Shown here in pieces: positions 17,557 through 26,803 of a DNA stretch of 61,210 nucleotides. The translations under genes were made by a program, and so were the position numbers. The notes under the pieces are model-generated. The model worked only from the letters and a program-made list of their open reading frames with translations. It ran no database searches and was not told the DNA's origin. The stretch lies in contig CANGMH010000001.1 of NCBI GenBank assembly GCA_947454005.1, positions 1 through 61,210 on the forward strand, written 5' to 3'. This DNA comes from Verrucomicrobiota bacterium (lineage in GTDB: Bacteria > Verrucomicrobiota > Verrucomicrobiia > Limisphaerales > UBA9464). Each line of letters opens with the position of its first letter. The first letter of the stretch is position 1.

Positions 17557-18687
17557 TCAGCGGCCCGCGATGCCTAGCGCCTCGGCGTAGACGTCCTCCG
17601 TCCGCCTCGCATGTTCCTCGGCGCTGAACCTCGCCACGACCCTCGCCCGTCCCGCCGTTCCGAACGCCTGCCTCCTCGCGGCGTCCGCGAGCGCGGACCG
17701 CAGCGCGCTGGCCAACCCGGCCTCGTCGCCGACGGTCACCAGCCAACCTGTCTCGCCGTCCACCAGGATCGCCGCGGGTCCGACCGCCGCATAGGCCACC
17801 ACCGGGACCCCCAGCGCCTGCGCCTCGGCGACGGAGATCCCGAAATCTTCCTCCAACGCCGGATGGACGACGACTTCGCTCGCGGCGAGCAGGCCGGCGA
17901 AATCGGCATCGGCGGCGACGAAGCCGGTGAACGTCACCCGGTCCCTGATGCCCAGGCGTCCCGCGAGGGCGACCAGTTCCTGTTCGTAGTCCGTCTCCTG
18001 TCCGAACAAGGCGCCGCCGATGACGATCCCATGGACCCCTTCCGCGGCAGGCACCGCGGCGAGCGCGCGGAGGAAATGGGCCTGGCCCTTGTACCGCTGC
18101 AGCCGGGCGCCGACGCTGACCCAGCGGCGGTCCGCGGGGAGCCCGAACCGTCGCGCGAGTTCATCGCGCGACGTGTGGTCCCGGAGACGCGCGACGTTAA
18201 CGCCGGGCCAGATCATCGAGGTGGCATGCCCGGCCGCCTTGAAATGGTCGTCCGTCCTGGGGCAGTTGGTGAGCACGCGATGCGTGGGCAGCCGGTGGAT
18301 CAACGTCGCCAACGGCGACCGGTGCTCGAGCGTGTGGGCGGTGTAGACCTCCGGGATCCCCGCCCGCCAGGCCGCGATCCCGCTATAGAAGTGGCCCCGG
18401 AAGCTGCTCCCGTGCAGCAGCCGGATGCCCTGCTCGCGGACGATCCGTCCGATCCCGCGGATCGCTCCGGCCACTCCGAACGGATCGCGCATGCGGTGCA
18501 GCGGCAGCACATGGACGGACACCCCGGCCTCGACCAGCAGCGGAGCGAGCGGACCCGGCCGCAGCAGGACCACATGGGGACGGTACCGGCCCCGGTCGAG
18601 CACCCGCAGGCACTCTAGCATGAGCGCCTCGGCGCCGCCTTTCTCGCCCACGCAGGAGACCCAGGCGATCGGCACCGGGCCGCTCAT
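17557..18687 (-). CDS. glycosyltransferase family 4 (paralog of 15252..16421)
   Basis: The real start is ATG 18687 (MSGPVPIAWVSCVGEKGGAEALML...), which forms an ATGA overlap with the STAS gene stop. It carries EDFGISVAEAQALGVPVVAYAAVGPAAILVDGETGWL. Its N-terminal 100 aa align closely by eye with the other GT4. Confidence 0.85.
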   Translation of the reverse strand: MSGPVPIAWVSCVGEKGGAEALMLECLRVLDRGRYRPHVVLLRPGPLAPLLVEAGVSVHVLPLHRMRDPFGVAGAIRGIGRIVREQGIRLLHGSSFRGHFYSGIAAWRAGIPEVYTAHTLEHRSPLATLIHRLPTHRVLTNCPRTDDHFKAAGHATSMIWPGVNVARLRDHTSRDELARRFGLPADRRWVSVGARLQRYKGQAHFLRALAAVPAAEGVHGIVIGGALFGQETDYEQELVALAGRLGIRDRVTFTGFVAADADFAGLLAASEVVVHPALEEDFGISVAEAQALGVPVVAYAAVGPAAILVDGETGWLVTVGDEAGLASALRSALADAARRQAFGTAGRARVVARFSAEEHARRTEDVYAEALGIAGR

Positions 18688-19199
18688 AGCGCGGCGCCCG
18701 TCGACATCTGCTGCTCGAGCATCTCGGTCACCGGGCGGAACTTCGCCTCGTTCTCGGGCTTCAGCTGCATCAAGAGGCGATGCGCCTCGAGGCAGCACCG
18801 CGCGGTGTCGCCCTTGGACGGCGCGCCCAGCTTGACCTCGATCCCGTCGTCCTTGCCCACGAGATGGCCGTCGCCGGTCACGACGTCCACCAACGGCAGC
18901 ACGCCGAGGTTGTCGAGCAGGTCGAGCACGCGGGCGTTGGCGCCGACCAAGGTGAAGCGGTCCCGGCGCTCCTCGGCATCCGTGCCGCCGGCCAGCCCCG
19001 CGAGCACTCCGGAGAACGTGCTGTCCATGAGCAAGCAACCGGTCAGGTCCAAGCAATGGCGGGTGACGCCCTCGTCCCGCGAGCGCAGCACGACCTGCTT
19101 GAACTCGCACGCGCTCTCGGCGGCGGCCCGGCCCGAGATCTTGACGAACGCGGTCGGCGGCTCGACGAGGACCGTCAGTTTGCAGCCTGGAAGGGCCAT
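18684..19199 (-). CDS. STAS-domain (anti-sigma-factor-antagonist-like) protein with C-terminal helical extension
   Basis: The real start is ATG 19199 (MALPGCKLTVLVEPPTAFVKISGRAAAESACEFKQVV..LDLTGCLLMDSTFSGVLAGL..FTLVGANARVLDLLDNLGV). This is a SpoIIAA-like pattern; the assignment rests on motifs only. Confidence 0.6.
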   Translation of the reverse strand: MALPGCKLTVLVEPPTAFVKISGRAAAESACEFKQVVLRSRDEGVTRHCLDLTGCLLMDSTFSGVLAGLAGGTDAEERRDRFTLVGANARVLDLLDNLGVLPLVDVVTGDGHLVGKDDGIEVKLGAPSKGDTARCCLEAHRLLMQLKPENEAKFRPVTEMLEQQMSTGAAL

Positions 19200-19243
19200 G
19201 GCGCGGGGAAGTTCGGGCCGGCCCTCCGGTCCGTCAAGCGACG

Positions 19244-19723
19244 TCAGGGAGTCACGGCCAGGCGCTCTTCGGCGGCCTCGCGCTTCATCAGCACGCCCTG
19301 CTCCTTGTAGGCCCGCAGCACGAAGTGCGTCGCGGTGGAGAGCACGCCCTGGATGGTCGAGAGCTTCTCGGAGACGAACGAAGCGACCTCGCGCAGGTTC
19401 CGGCCCTCGACCTCGACCATCAGGTCGTAGCCACCGGACATCAGATGGCACGAGCGGACCTCGGCGTACTTCGCGATCCGCTCGGCGAGCTTGTCGAAGC
19501 CGCCCCCGCGCTCCGGCGTGATGCGGACCTCGATGACGGCGCGGACGAGTTCGCGCTCCAGCTTCTCCTCGTTCAGCACCGCCCGGTAACCGAGCACGGT
19601 GCGGTCGGCCTCCAGCGCCTTCACCCGCGACCTCACCTCGGCCTCGGTCAGGTCGAGCATCGCACCCAGCTGGGCGGGAGAAAGCGAGGCGTCGGTGGCG
19701 AGCAGTTTCAGCAGCGGATCCAT
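19244..19723 (-). CDS. Lrp/AsnC-family transcriptional regulator
   Basis: The real start is ATG 19723. An N-terminal HTH (LSPAQLGAMLDLTEAEVRSRVKALEADRTVLGY) is followed by an AsnC ligand domain (VRAVIEVRITPE...CHLMSGGYDLMVEVEG). Confidence 0.85.
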   Translation of the reverse strand: MDPLLKLLATDASLSPAQLGAMLDLTEAEVRSRVKALEADRTVLGYRAVLNEEKLERELVRAVIEVRITPERGGGFDKLAERIAKYAEVRSCHLMSGGYDLMVEVEGRNLREVASFVSEKLSTIQGVLSTATHFVLRAYKEQGVLMKREAAEERLAVTP

Positions 19724-19808
19724 GCGGGGCGGATTCAACGGAGCCCAGGGCGCGAGCGGAAGCGAATTCTCCGGCGCCAAAGGACGCGATCCGCGGAACC
19801 CCCGCCGC

Positions 19809-20894
19809 TCAGGCATGCGCACCGGCATCCGCGGTGGCGACCGCCTCGTCCGGCGCGAACGGCACCAGAGGCATCGCCTCCTCGTGGTCGAGGAAGTCGC
19901 GGCAGATGCGGAAGAACTCCGCCCGCTCGGTCGCGCGGCGGACGTGGTGCAGGAACTCCTTCGAGGAGGCCAGGCCGCGGCCGACACCGGCGCCGACGAA
20001 GTTCATGTACTTCTTCATCTTCTCCACCTGCAGCCGTTCCTTCGCCGCCGTCGGTTCGGTCGCCGCGTAGAGCGCCTCGATGTACTCCAGCACCTCGCGG
20101 CCGCGCGGGAGCCGGACCGCCTCGCCGCGGAGATGGGACCGGATCTGGCCGAAGATCCAAGGGTTGCGGATGCAGCCGCGGCCGATCATCAGGCCCTTGG
20201 CCCGCGTGACGTCCAGCACCTCCGCGGCGCGCGCCGGTGAATGGACGTTCCCGTTGGCCAGCACCGGGAACGGCAGCGCCTCCGCCGCGCGGGCGATGTA
20301 GTCGTAGTGGACCTCCGTGCGGTACATCTCGGCCACGGTCCGGCCGTGGACGGTTAGCAGGTCGAGCGAGTGCTTGGCGAAGATGCCCAGGAACTCGTCG
20401 AACACCCGCGGGTCGTCGAAACCGATGCGGGTCTTCACCGTGAACTTCACCCCCCCGTCGCCGATGGCCTCGCGCATGGCGCCGAGGATGGCGTCGACCC
20501 GCTTCGGCTCACGCAGCAGCCCACCGCCCGCGCACTTGCGGTACACCACCGGCGCCGGGCAGCCGAGGTTCAGGTCGATGGCGGAGACCGGATGGTGCTG
20601 GAGCTCCTTGGCGGCGCGGACGAGCGAGGGGATGTCGTTGCCGATCAGCTGGGCGATCGCCGGCCGGCCGGTGGTGTTGCCGGTCAGGCTCTCGAGGATC
20701 CACTTCTCCGGACGCCATGTCGCGTGGACGCGGAAATACTCGGTCCAATAGACATCCGGTCCGCCGTAGCGCGCGAGCAGGCGCCAGAACGGGAGGTCGG
20801 TCACGTCCTGCATCGGCGCCAGCGCGAGCAACGGCTCGGGCCGGGCCAGCAGGGCGGCGAGTTGGGACGGTTGCGTCATCCGGTCGGCGAACAT
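19809..20894 (-). CDS. tRNA-dihydrouridine synthase (Dus family)
   Basis: The real start is ATG 20894 (alternative ATG 20879). Motifs seen: LAPMQDVTDLPFWRL, IDLNLGCPAPVVYRK, VKTRIGFDD, LTVHGRT, PVLANGNV. Confidence 0.85.
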   Translation of the reverse strand: MFADRMTQPSQLAALLARPEPLLALAPMQDVTDLPFWRLLARYGGPDVYWTEYFRVHATWRPEKWILESLTGNTTGRPAIAQLIGNDIPSLVRAAKELQHHPVSAIDLNLGCPAPVVYRKCAGGGLLREPKRVDAILGAMREAIGDGGVKFTVKTRIGFDDPRVFDEFLGIFAKHSLDLLTVHGRTVAEMYRTEVHYDYIARAAEALPFPVLANGNVHSPARAAEVLDVTRAKGLMIGRGCIRNPWIFGQIRSHLRGEAVRLPRGREVLEYIEALYAATEPTAAKERLQVEKMKKYMNFVGAGVGRGLASSKEFLHHVRRATERAEFFRICRDFLDHEEAMPLVPFAPDEAVATADAGAHA

Positions 20895-20974
20895 GGCAGA
20901 CCGCACCGGCCGGGGCGAGCGGGCGATTTGGTTTGAAGCCGTCGCACCGGCGAGCAGGCTGTCCGCCCCTACCG

Positions 20975-22075
20975 ATGGTCCCGTCCGAAAAAACAGCCGC
21001 ATCCTCCGTCGCGAAGGGCCGTTTCCCGGAGTTCCCCGAGCTCGATGGATTCCGCGGCCTGGCGCTGCTGCTCGTGCTGATCGAGCACGCGCTGCGCTGG
21101 TCGCTGCGCATCCCGGGCCCCTGGGACCACTGGGGCTCCGCGGGCGTGATCCTCTTCTTCGGGCTGAGCGGCTTCCTGATCACCGGGTTGCTCTGCGCCG
21201 AGCGCGGGCGGACCGGCCGTGTGGACCTGCGGGCGTTCTGGGTCCGCCGCGGCCTGCGCATCGTGCCGGCGATGGTGGTCTTCGTCGCGGTCGCCGCCCT
21301 GCTCAAGCTCGGAGGGTTCTTCGAAGCGAAGCCGTATTGGCGCGATTTCCCGGTCACCCTCTTGTTCCTCCGCAACCTCGCCGGCGACGGCCGGGAACTG
21401 CAGCATCTCTGGTCGGTCTCGCTCGAGCAGCAGTACTATCTGCTCTGGCCGCTGCTCTTCGCGGCGTTGCCGCTCGCCTCGGCGACGCGGGCCGGACGGA
21501 TCCTGTTCGTCGGCGTGGTCGCCTGGCGCACCGCGGCGATCGCAGGAGGGCTGCATTCCTGGGATTCCACACCGATCTACCAGCGCACGGACTTCCGGAT
21601 CGACGCCCTGATCGGCGGAAGCCTGCTCGCGATCGCGTGGCACCAAGGACGGCCGGGAGGAACGTGGCTCCGCCGGATCCCGCCGTCCGCGGTCCTCGCC
21701 GCCCTGCTGGCGTGGACGGCCTGGGGATCGAGCCTGCCTTGGACCCGGGCGTCGTACATCACGGGACAGGTCCTGCTGGCGCTGCTGCTCTTGGCGCGGT
21801 TGGTGGTGTCGCCGGCGGGCCCGTTCGCAACAGGTTGCCGCTGGGGATGGCTGCGCTGGCTGGGGCGCCGGTCGTATTCCATCTACATCTGGCAACAGCT
21901 CTTCGTGACGGCGAAGACACCGGATTGGGGTTGGGTCCGCATGTTCCCGCTCGACCTGGTCTTCGCCTTCGCCGCAGGTCTGGCGTCCTACCATCTCGTC
22001 GAACTGCCGTGCCTGCGGCTCAAGTCGCGCTGGGGCGGCAGGACGGTCACGCCGGCGCCGCCGGTGGCGTCCTAG
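20975..22075 (+). CDS. acyltransferase family 3 membrane protein (O-acyltransferase-like)
   Basis: The real start is ATG 20975. Motifs seen: ELDGFRGLALLLVLIEH, GVILFFGLSGFLIT, FWVRRGLRIVPA, RRSYSIYIWQQLF. It has about 10 TM segments. Confidence 0.85.
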   Translation: MVPSEKTAASSVAKGRFPEFPELDGFRGLALLLVLIEHALRWSLRIPGPWDHWGSAGVILFFGLSGFLITGLLCAERGRTGRVDLRAFWVRRGLRIVPAMVVFVAVAALLKLGGFFEAKPYWRDFPVTLLFLRNLAGDGRELQHLWSVSLEQQYYLLWPLLFAALPLASATRAGRILFVGVVAWRTAAIAGGLHSWDSTPIYQRTDFRIDALIGGSLLAIAWHQGRPGGTWLRRIPPSAVLAALLAWTAWGSSLPWTRASYITGQVLLALLLLARLVVSPAGPFATGCRWGWLRWLGRRSYSIYIWQQLFVTAKTPDWGWVRMFPLDLVFAFAAGLASYHLVELPCLRLKSRWGGRTVTPAPPVAS

Positions 22076-22902
22076 ACCGTGGAGGTCGGCGGACTCGGCG
22101 CCCGGCGGGCGACCACGTGATGGGTCATGCCGAACAACCGATGGCTCTGGAGCCATCGGCAGGCGGGCAACGTCTTGATGAACTGCTTCGCCCGGTTCTG
22201 CTCCGGGGATGCGCCCAGGCCCATGAAGGCGGCGATCTCGATCTCGAAACCCGCTCGTCGCAGCATGTCCAAGAGCACCGGTTGGCTGTATTCCCGGTAA
22301 TGGATGGACTCGCAGCACGTGAACCTGCCCGCTTCATCCACCTTGGGGATGGTGGCGAACTCGGTTTCTCCCCACATGAAGTTGCCTCCGGTGACGAGCC
22401 GGACGCCGTTCAGGAGGGTCCGAGGATTCGGTGTGGTCAGGAGCAGATAGCCACCGGGTCTGAGAAGACGCCCGATCGAGGTCAGCAGACCCACCGGATG
22501 GTTGAAGATGTGCTCGATGACTTCTCCCAGGATGGCGGCATCGAATTGGCCGGGCTCGAGTCCGCGGAACGGGTCGAGATGGTTGAGGTTCGCTTCATGG
22601 TAAGCGGCGTTGCTCGCCGCCATGACCGCGGTCCGTTCCGGGACTTTGCCGATGTCCAGCGAGTCGATGCCGACGGCCTGGTAGCCCAGTTGAGAAGTCA
22701 GATAGCAAAGGAAGCCGTTGAAGCAGCCGACATCGACGACCTTGCGATCGGCTCCGGGAGGCACCCGCTTTTGCAGGTCGCCCATCATCCGCCACAGGCG
22801 CGGCTTGTTCTCCTCCAGATGCACAGCGCTGAACCATCCGTCGCTTGGATAGAGGGCTTTGAGCCTTTGCCACGCTTGGACCAAGCTCGGGTCAGGATCC
22901 AT
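22072..22902 (-). CDS. class I SAM-dependent methyltransferase
   Basis: The real start is ATG 22902 (MDPDPSLVQ...), inside the 846-aa ORF. Motif I is VVDVGCFNGFL; the post-I/II region includes DAAILGEVIEHI and LLRPGGYLLLTTPN. Its stop overlaps the acyltransferase stop (22072-22075, convergent). Confidence 0.8.
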   Translation of the reverse strand: MDPDPSLVQAWQRLKALYPSDGWFSAVHLEENKPRLWRMMGDLQKRVPPGADRKVVDVGCFNGFLCYLTSQLGYQAVGIDSLDIGKVPERTAVMAASNAAYHEANLNHLDPFRGLEPGQFDAAILGEVIEHIFNHPVGLLTSIGRLLRPGGYLLLTTPNPRTLLNGVRLVTGGNFMWGETEFATIPKVDEAGRFTCCESIHYREYSQPVLLDMLRRAGFEIEIAAFMGLGASPEQNRAKQFIKTLPACRWLQSHRLFGMTHHVVARRAPSPPTSTV

Positions 22903-23130
22903 CAACGGGACGTTATAGGGCTTTCGTGGGCGTCGGAAGATTTTAAGTTCCGTCCCACGGGACGGATACCGCCGCCAACGTGCCCCTCCGCACCGGAGAG
23001 CCGCAGCCGCGCACGATGAGCACCCGGCGCTCGCTACGGATGCCCGGGCCGGCGCAGAATCTTCTTCCCCGGCCCCACCCGGCCCCAGCACGCTCGAACG
23101 GCTTCGGTCCCGGGCATCCGGGAAGGCAAC

Positions 23131-24003
23131 GTGCCGGAACCGGGGATGACCTGCGCCGGGGCGCGCGGACCAGTTCGGCGATGCGATCTCCTCGATACTG
23201 GAGGGGGTCACGACACCCGGCGCGCATGTGGAGATCTTGTGGACAACTCTGACCAAGGGCATTTTGCCGAGAAGCAGCTCTTCTCGAGGATCGGGCTCCT
23301 GCGATGGAGCCACGGCAGCCGGTTCCGGGTCGCCGTGGAGAAATCCACGGCATTCAAGGGCCTGCGGGTCCTGGACTACGGATGCGGCGACGCGACCTAT
23401 TTCTCGTTGATGCTCCGATCGCCCCACCCTCCCGCGGCCATGGTGGGGATGGAGATCGGTGCCGACGTGATCGAGGCCAACGTGCGTCGTTTCGCGGCTT
23501 CCCCGCAGGTCACTTTCGTCGACCTGCCCGGTCTCGATGCCCCTGAGCACGTCGGCGCCTACGATGCCGTGGTGTGCATGGAGGTGTTCGAGCATCTGAT
23601 CGAGACCGACGCGACCCTCGATCAGCTGTGCCGTCTCATCCGCCCCGGCGGCCGGTTGCTGCTGAGCGTGCCGGTCGAGACGGGGTTGCCGGTGATCGTG
23701 AAACTCATCGTGCGACGCATCGCCGCGTGGCGCGGGATGCACGGGTACGACTCCACGGTCCCGTACACATGGGGCGAAGTCTTCAGGAGCGTGTTCGCGG
23801 GTCCGGAGCAGCACATCCAGCGGGTCATCCACAAAGAGGGCGACCAAGCCCCGGTGCATTGCCACAAAGGTTTCAACTGGAAACTCCTGCGTGACAAGAT
23901 CGCCAAGAGGATGCGCATCACGGGCATCTCCGGCTCGCCGATCGGCTGGCTGCCGGCGTCGATGGGCAGCCAGGTCTGGTTCGAAGCGGTCAAGCCCGAT
24001 TGA
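23131..24003 (+). CDS. class I SAM-dependent methyltransferase
   Basis: Motifs seen: VLDYGCGDATY (motif I), YDAVVCMEVFEHL, IRPGGRLLLSVP. The start is uncertain: the N-terminal ~35 codons look non-coding, and GTG 23239 is a plausible alternative. Confidence 0.75.
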   Translation: MPEPGMTCAGARGPVRRCDLLDTGGGHDTRRACGDLVDNSDQGHFAEKQLFSRIGLLRWSHGSRFRVAVEKSTAFKGLRVLDYGCGDATYFSLMLRSPHPPAAMVGMEIGADVIEANVRRFAASPQVTFVDLPGLDAPEHVGAYDAVVCMEVFEHLIETDATLDQLCRLIRPGGRLLLSVPVETGLPVIVKLIVRRIAAWRGMHGYDSTVPYTWGEVFRSVFAGPEQHIQRVIHKEGDQAPVHCHKGFNWKLLRDKIAKRMRITGISGSPIGWLPASMGSQVWFEAVKPD

Positions 24004-24544
24004 CGGCGGTGCGAGGGCAGGACGACGACGGCCGTCCTGCAGGCACCTCCAGCGACGGCTCTCCTGCGGAGGCGACGAACCCCACCGTCCCTCATCGAGC
24101 GGGACCGTTCCGTCGCGAGGCTTTACACGGCGTCCCGCCGGTCTCCTGCATCCGGGCGGGATCGCTCCCGGCGTCGACCCACAGACACCCCGGGCCGGCC
24201 TGTCCGTGCGACAACGAAGGCTGTCGTCGAACTTCTGGTCATCGGCCTCGAGCTGCGGACAGGCCTCGGCCTGACGACGGACCCGGAGGCCTCGTTGATC
24301 GAGCTGGAGGACGGCATCGAACACCTCGCCTACGCCCGCTCGATCACCGACGGTAGATTGGACGACCATCCGCGGATCCACGACCTGGTCCGCGCTCCGC
24401 TGTGTCCCCCTGTTCTTGGTTGCCGTTCGTCGACGTGAGCTTGATGGTCTTGGTGGCCGCATGGCTGGGCCGACGACGTTGGGCGGGCGGTCAGGAGGTC
24501 GCCCCGGATCGCCAGACCGTGGCGTGAGCGGGCGGTGGCTCCGC

Positions 24545-26740
24545 TCAGAACGGCTCGTCGCCGGAAGCGTCGGATTCGACCGGATCCGCGTCGCCGTCGC
24601 CGTCGCCGTCACCGAAGGCCGGACGGGCCGGTGACGGCGACCGCTCGGCGTAGGCGTTGAAGGTCGGACGGAGGTTCCATTCGTCGACCAGTTCCTTGGG
24701 CAGCTCGCCCAAGAAGCGCGACGGCTGTTGGAGCGCGTTGCCGCCGCCTTGGGCGAACCGGAGCAGCGGATGGCAGAGGTAGAGCTCGTCCTTCGCTCGG
24801 GTGACGGCGACGTAGAAGAGCCGGCGCTCCTCCTCCTCGCCCTCGATGGAACCGAGCGAACGACCGCTCGGGAAGAGCCCTTCGCAGAGCATGATCACGA
24901 AGACCGTCCCGAACTCGAGGCCCTTGGCCTGGTGGACGGTCGAGAGCTTGAGGCGCTCCTCGTCCGGGTCGCGCGGCTGGTTCTCCTCGGCCTCGACGTT
25001 GGTCTGGAGCGCGAGCTGCGAGAGGAAATCCGCGGTCCCGCTGAACTGCTCGGCATAGTTCGCGAGCTGCTCCAGGTCCTCCAGGCGTCCTCGCGGGTTC
25101 TCGTAGGCCGACTTGAGGTAGTCCTCGTAATCGGCCTCGACGACGAGCCGGATCATCCGTCCCGGCGCTTCGCGGACGTCGTCCGCCTCGCACTGCGACA
25201 CGGTGGCGGTGAACTGCGCCCAAGCGGCGGCGGATTTCTTCGGCGCGCTTCCCGCGACCGCGGACAACAACGGCGCGACAGGGACATGCGGAACCGGTGG
25301 CGCGGTCGGGAGATCCCCGCCGTCGTTGTCCGAGACGGGCACCGCTGGGACCGGTGGCGCGGGCACCGGCGCGACCGGACCGAGCTCGGCAGAGAACGCG
25401 GCCCACAACTTGTCCGCGCCTTTGCCGCCGATGCCCGGCAACATCCGCACGAGGCGCTTGAAGGCGAGCTCGTCCGCCGGGTTGGTCACCAGCTTGAGAT
25501 AGGCGGCGACGTCCTTGACGTGGGCCTGCTCGAAGAAGCGGATGCCGCTGGTGATGCTGAACGGGATGTTGCGCCGGGTGAGCTCGAACTGCAGCTCCAT
25601 CGCGTGGAAGTGCGACCGGTACAGCACGCACATGTCGTCCAGCCTCCGGCCCTCGTCGCGCAGCTCCAGCGCGCGCTGGGCCACGAACGCCGCCTGCTCG
25701 CCCGCCTCGCCGCAGATGACCAGGACCGGTCTCGCGCCCGACGGCCTGGCGGCGTGGAGTTGCTTGGGGAACTGGCGCTTGTTCGGCGCGATGGCCGCGT
25801 TGGCGAGCGCGAGGATCTCGGGCGTGCTCCGGTAGTTCGTCTCGATCTTGAAGACCTGCGCGCCGGGATGGCGCTCGCGGAAGCCCAGGATGTTCGCGAA
25901 ATCGGCGCCCCTCCACGAGTAGATGCTCTGCGCGTCGTCGCCCACGGCCATCAGGTTCCGGTGCCGCCCGGCCAGCTCGTCGAGCAGGTCGGCCTGCAGC
26001 TTGTTCGTGTCCTGGTACTCGTCCACGAGCACGTGCTGGAAACGCCGTTGATAGTAGTCGCGGAGGTCGGCGTTCTCCCGCATCAGCCGCAGCCAGAGCG
26101 CGAGCAGGTCGTCGAAATCCATCATGCCCGCGCCGCGCTTCCGCTCCGCGTAGCGGCGCTGGATGTCCGCGATCACGTCGGCCAACGGCAGGAAGGAATC
26201 GTGCTCCGCCGCGAGGAGATCGCGCAGCGGGCGTCCCGTGTTCAGCGCCATGGAGAACAGGTCGCCGAGCACCTCGGGCTTGGGGAAACGCGTCGCCTTC
26301 ACGTCCACGCCCGCGGCGGTGATGCACGCGGCGAGCAGGTCCTTGGCGTCCTCCCGGTCCGCGATGGTGAAGTCCTGCCGGTACCCGAGGCGTTCCGCGT
26401 GCCGGCGGAGCACGCGGTTGCCGACGCTGTGGAAGGTCCCGCCCCAGAGCTGCGCCTGCCCGCCCCCGAGCAGGTCGGCCACGCGCTGCATCATCTCGCG
26501 CGCCGACTTGTTGGTGAAGGTGAGCAGCAGGATCCGCTCGGCCGGGACGCCGTGCTCGATCAACCACGCGACGCGATAGGTGAGCGTGCGCGTCTTGCCC
26601 GCGCCCGCTCCGGCCAGCACGAGCGACGGTCCCGGCGGCGCGGAGACCGCGGCGAACTGCTGTCCGTTGAGCTCGCCTTCGTAATCGATGCGCAACGGGG
26701 CGCCCGATCGGAACGGCTGGAGCTGGTAGTCGCGCGGCAC
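24545..26740 (-). CDS. uvrD: UvrD/Rep/PcrA-family ATP-dependent DNA helicase
   Basis: 731 aa. It has Walker A LAGAGAGKTRTLTYR, motif II VLVDEYQDTN, STVHQAKGLEF and YVAVTRAKDEL. A proline-rich insert (VPAPPVPAVPV) lies in the 2B region. Confidence 0.85.
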   Translation of the reverse strand: MPRDYQLQPFRSGAPLRIDYEGELNGQQFAAVSAPPGPSLVLAGAGAGKTRTLTYRVAWLIEHGVPAERILLLTFTNKSAREMMQRVADLLGGGQAQLWGGTFHSVGNRVLRRHAERLGYRQDFTIADREDAKDLLAACITAAGVDVKATRFPKPEVLGDLFSMALNTGRPLRDLLAAEHDSFLPLADVIADIQRRYAERKRGAGMMDFDDLLALWLRLMRENADLRDYYQRRFQHVLVDEYQDTNKLQADLLDELAGRHRNLMAVGDDAQSIYSWRGADFANILGFRERHPGAQVFKIETNYRSTPEILALANAAIAPNKRQFPKQLHAARPSGARPVLVICGEAGEQAAFVAQRALELRDEGRRLDDMCVLYRSHFHAMELQFELTRRNIPFSITSGIRFFEQAHVKDVAAYLKLVTNPADELAFKRLVRMLPGIGGKGADKLWAAFSAELGPVAPVPAPPVPAVPVSDNDGGDLPTAPPVPHVPVAPLLSAVAGSAPKKSAAAWAQFTATVSQCEADDVREAPGRMIRLVVEADYEDYLKSAYENPRGRLEDLEQLANYAEQFSGTADFLSQLALQTNVEAEENQPRDPDEERLKLSTVHQAKGLEFGTVFVIMLCEGLFPSGRSLGSIEGEEEERRLFYVAVTRAKDELYLCHPLLRFAQGGGNALQQPSRFLGELPKELVDEWNLRPTFNAYAERSPSPARPAFGDGDGDGDADPVESDASGDEPF

Positions 26741-26803
26741 GGCCCGAAGTAAGCCTGCGGACCGCGAAGGGCCGAGACAAAAAACTCCGGGGCCGCCGCG
26801 CTT

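Noticed and set aside
24609-26780. The alternative frame (723 aa, minus) and the antisense ORF (674 aa, plus, 24728..26752) over the helicase gene.
   Set aside because: Only frame 24545..26740 carries the UvrD helicase motifs (GxGKT, DEYQD, VTRAK). The others are Arg-rich shadows.
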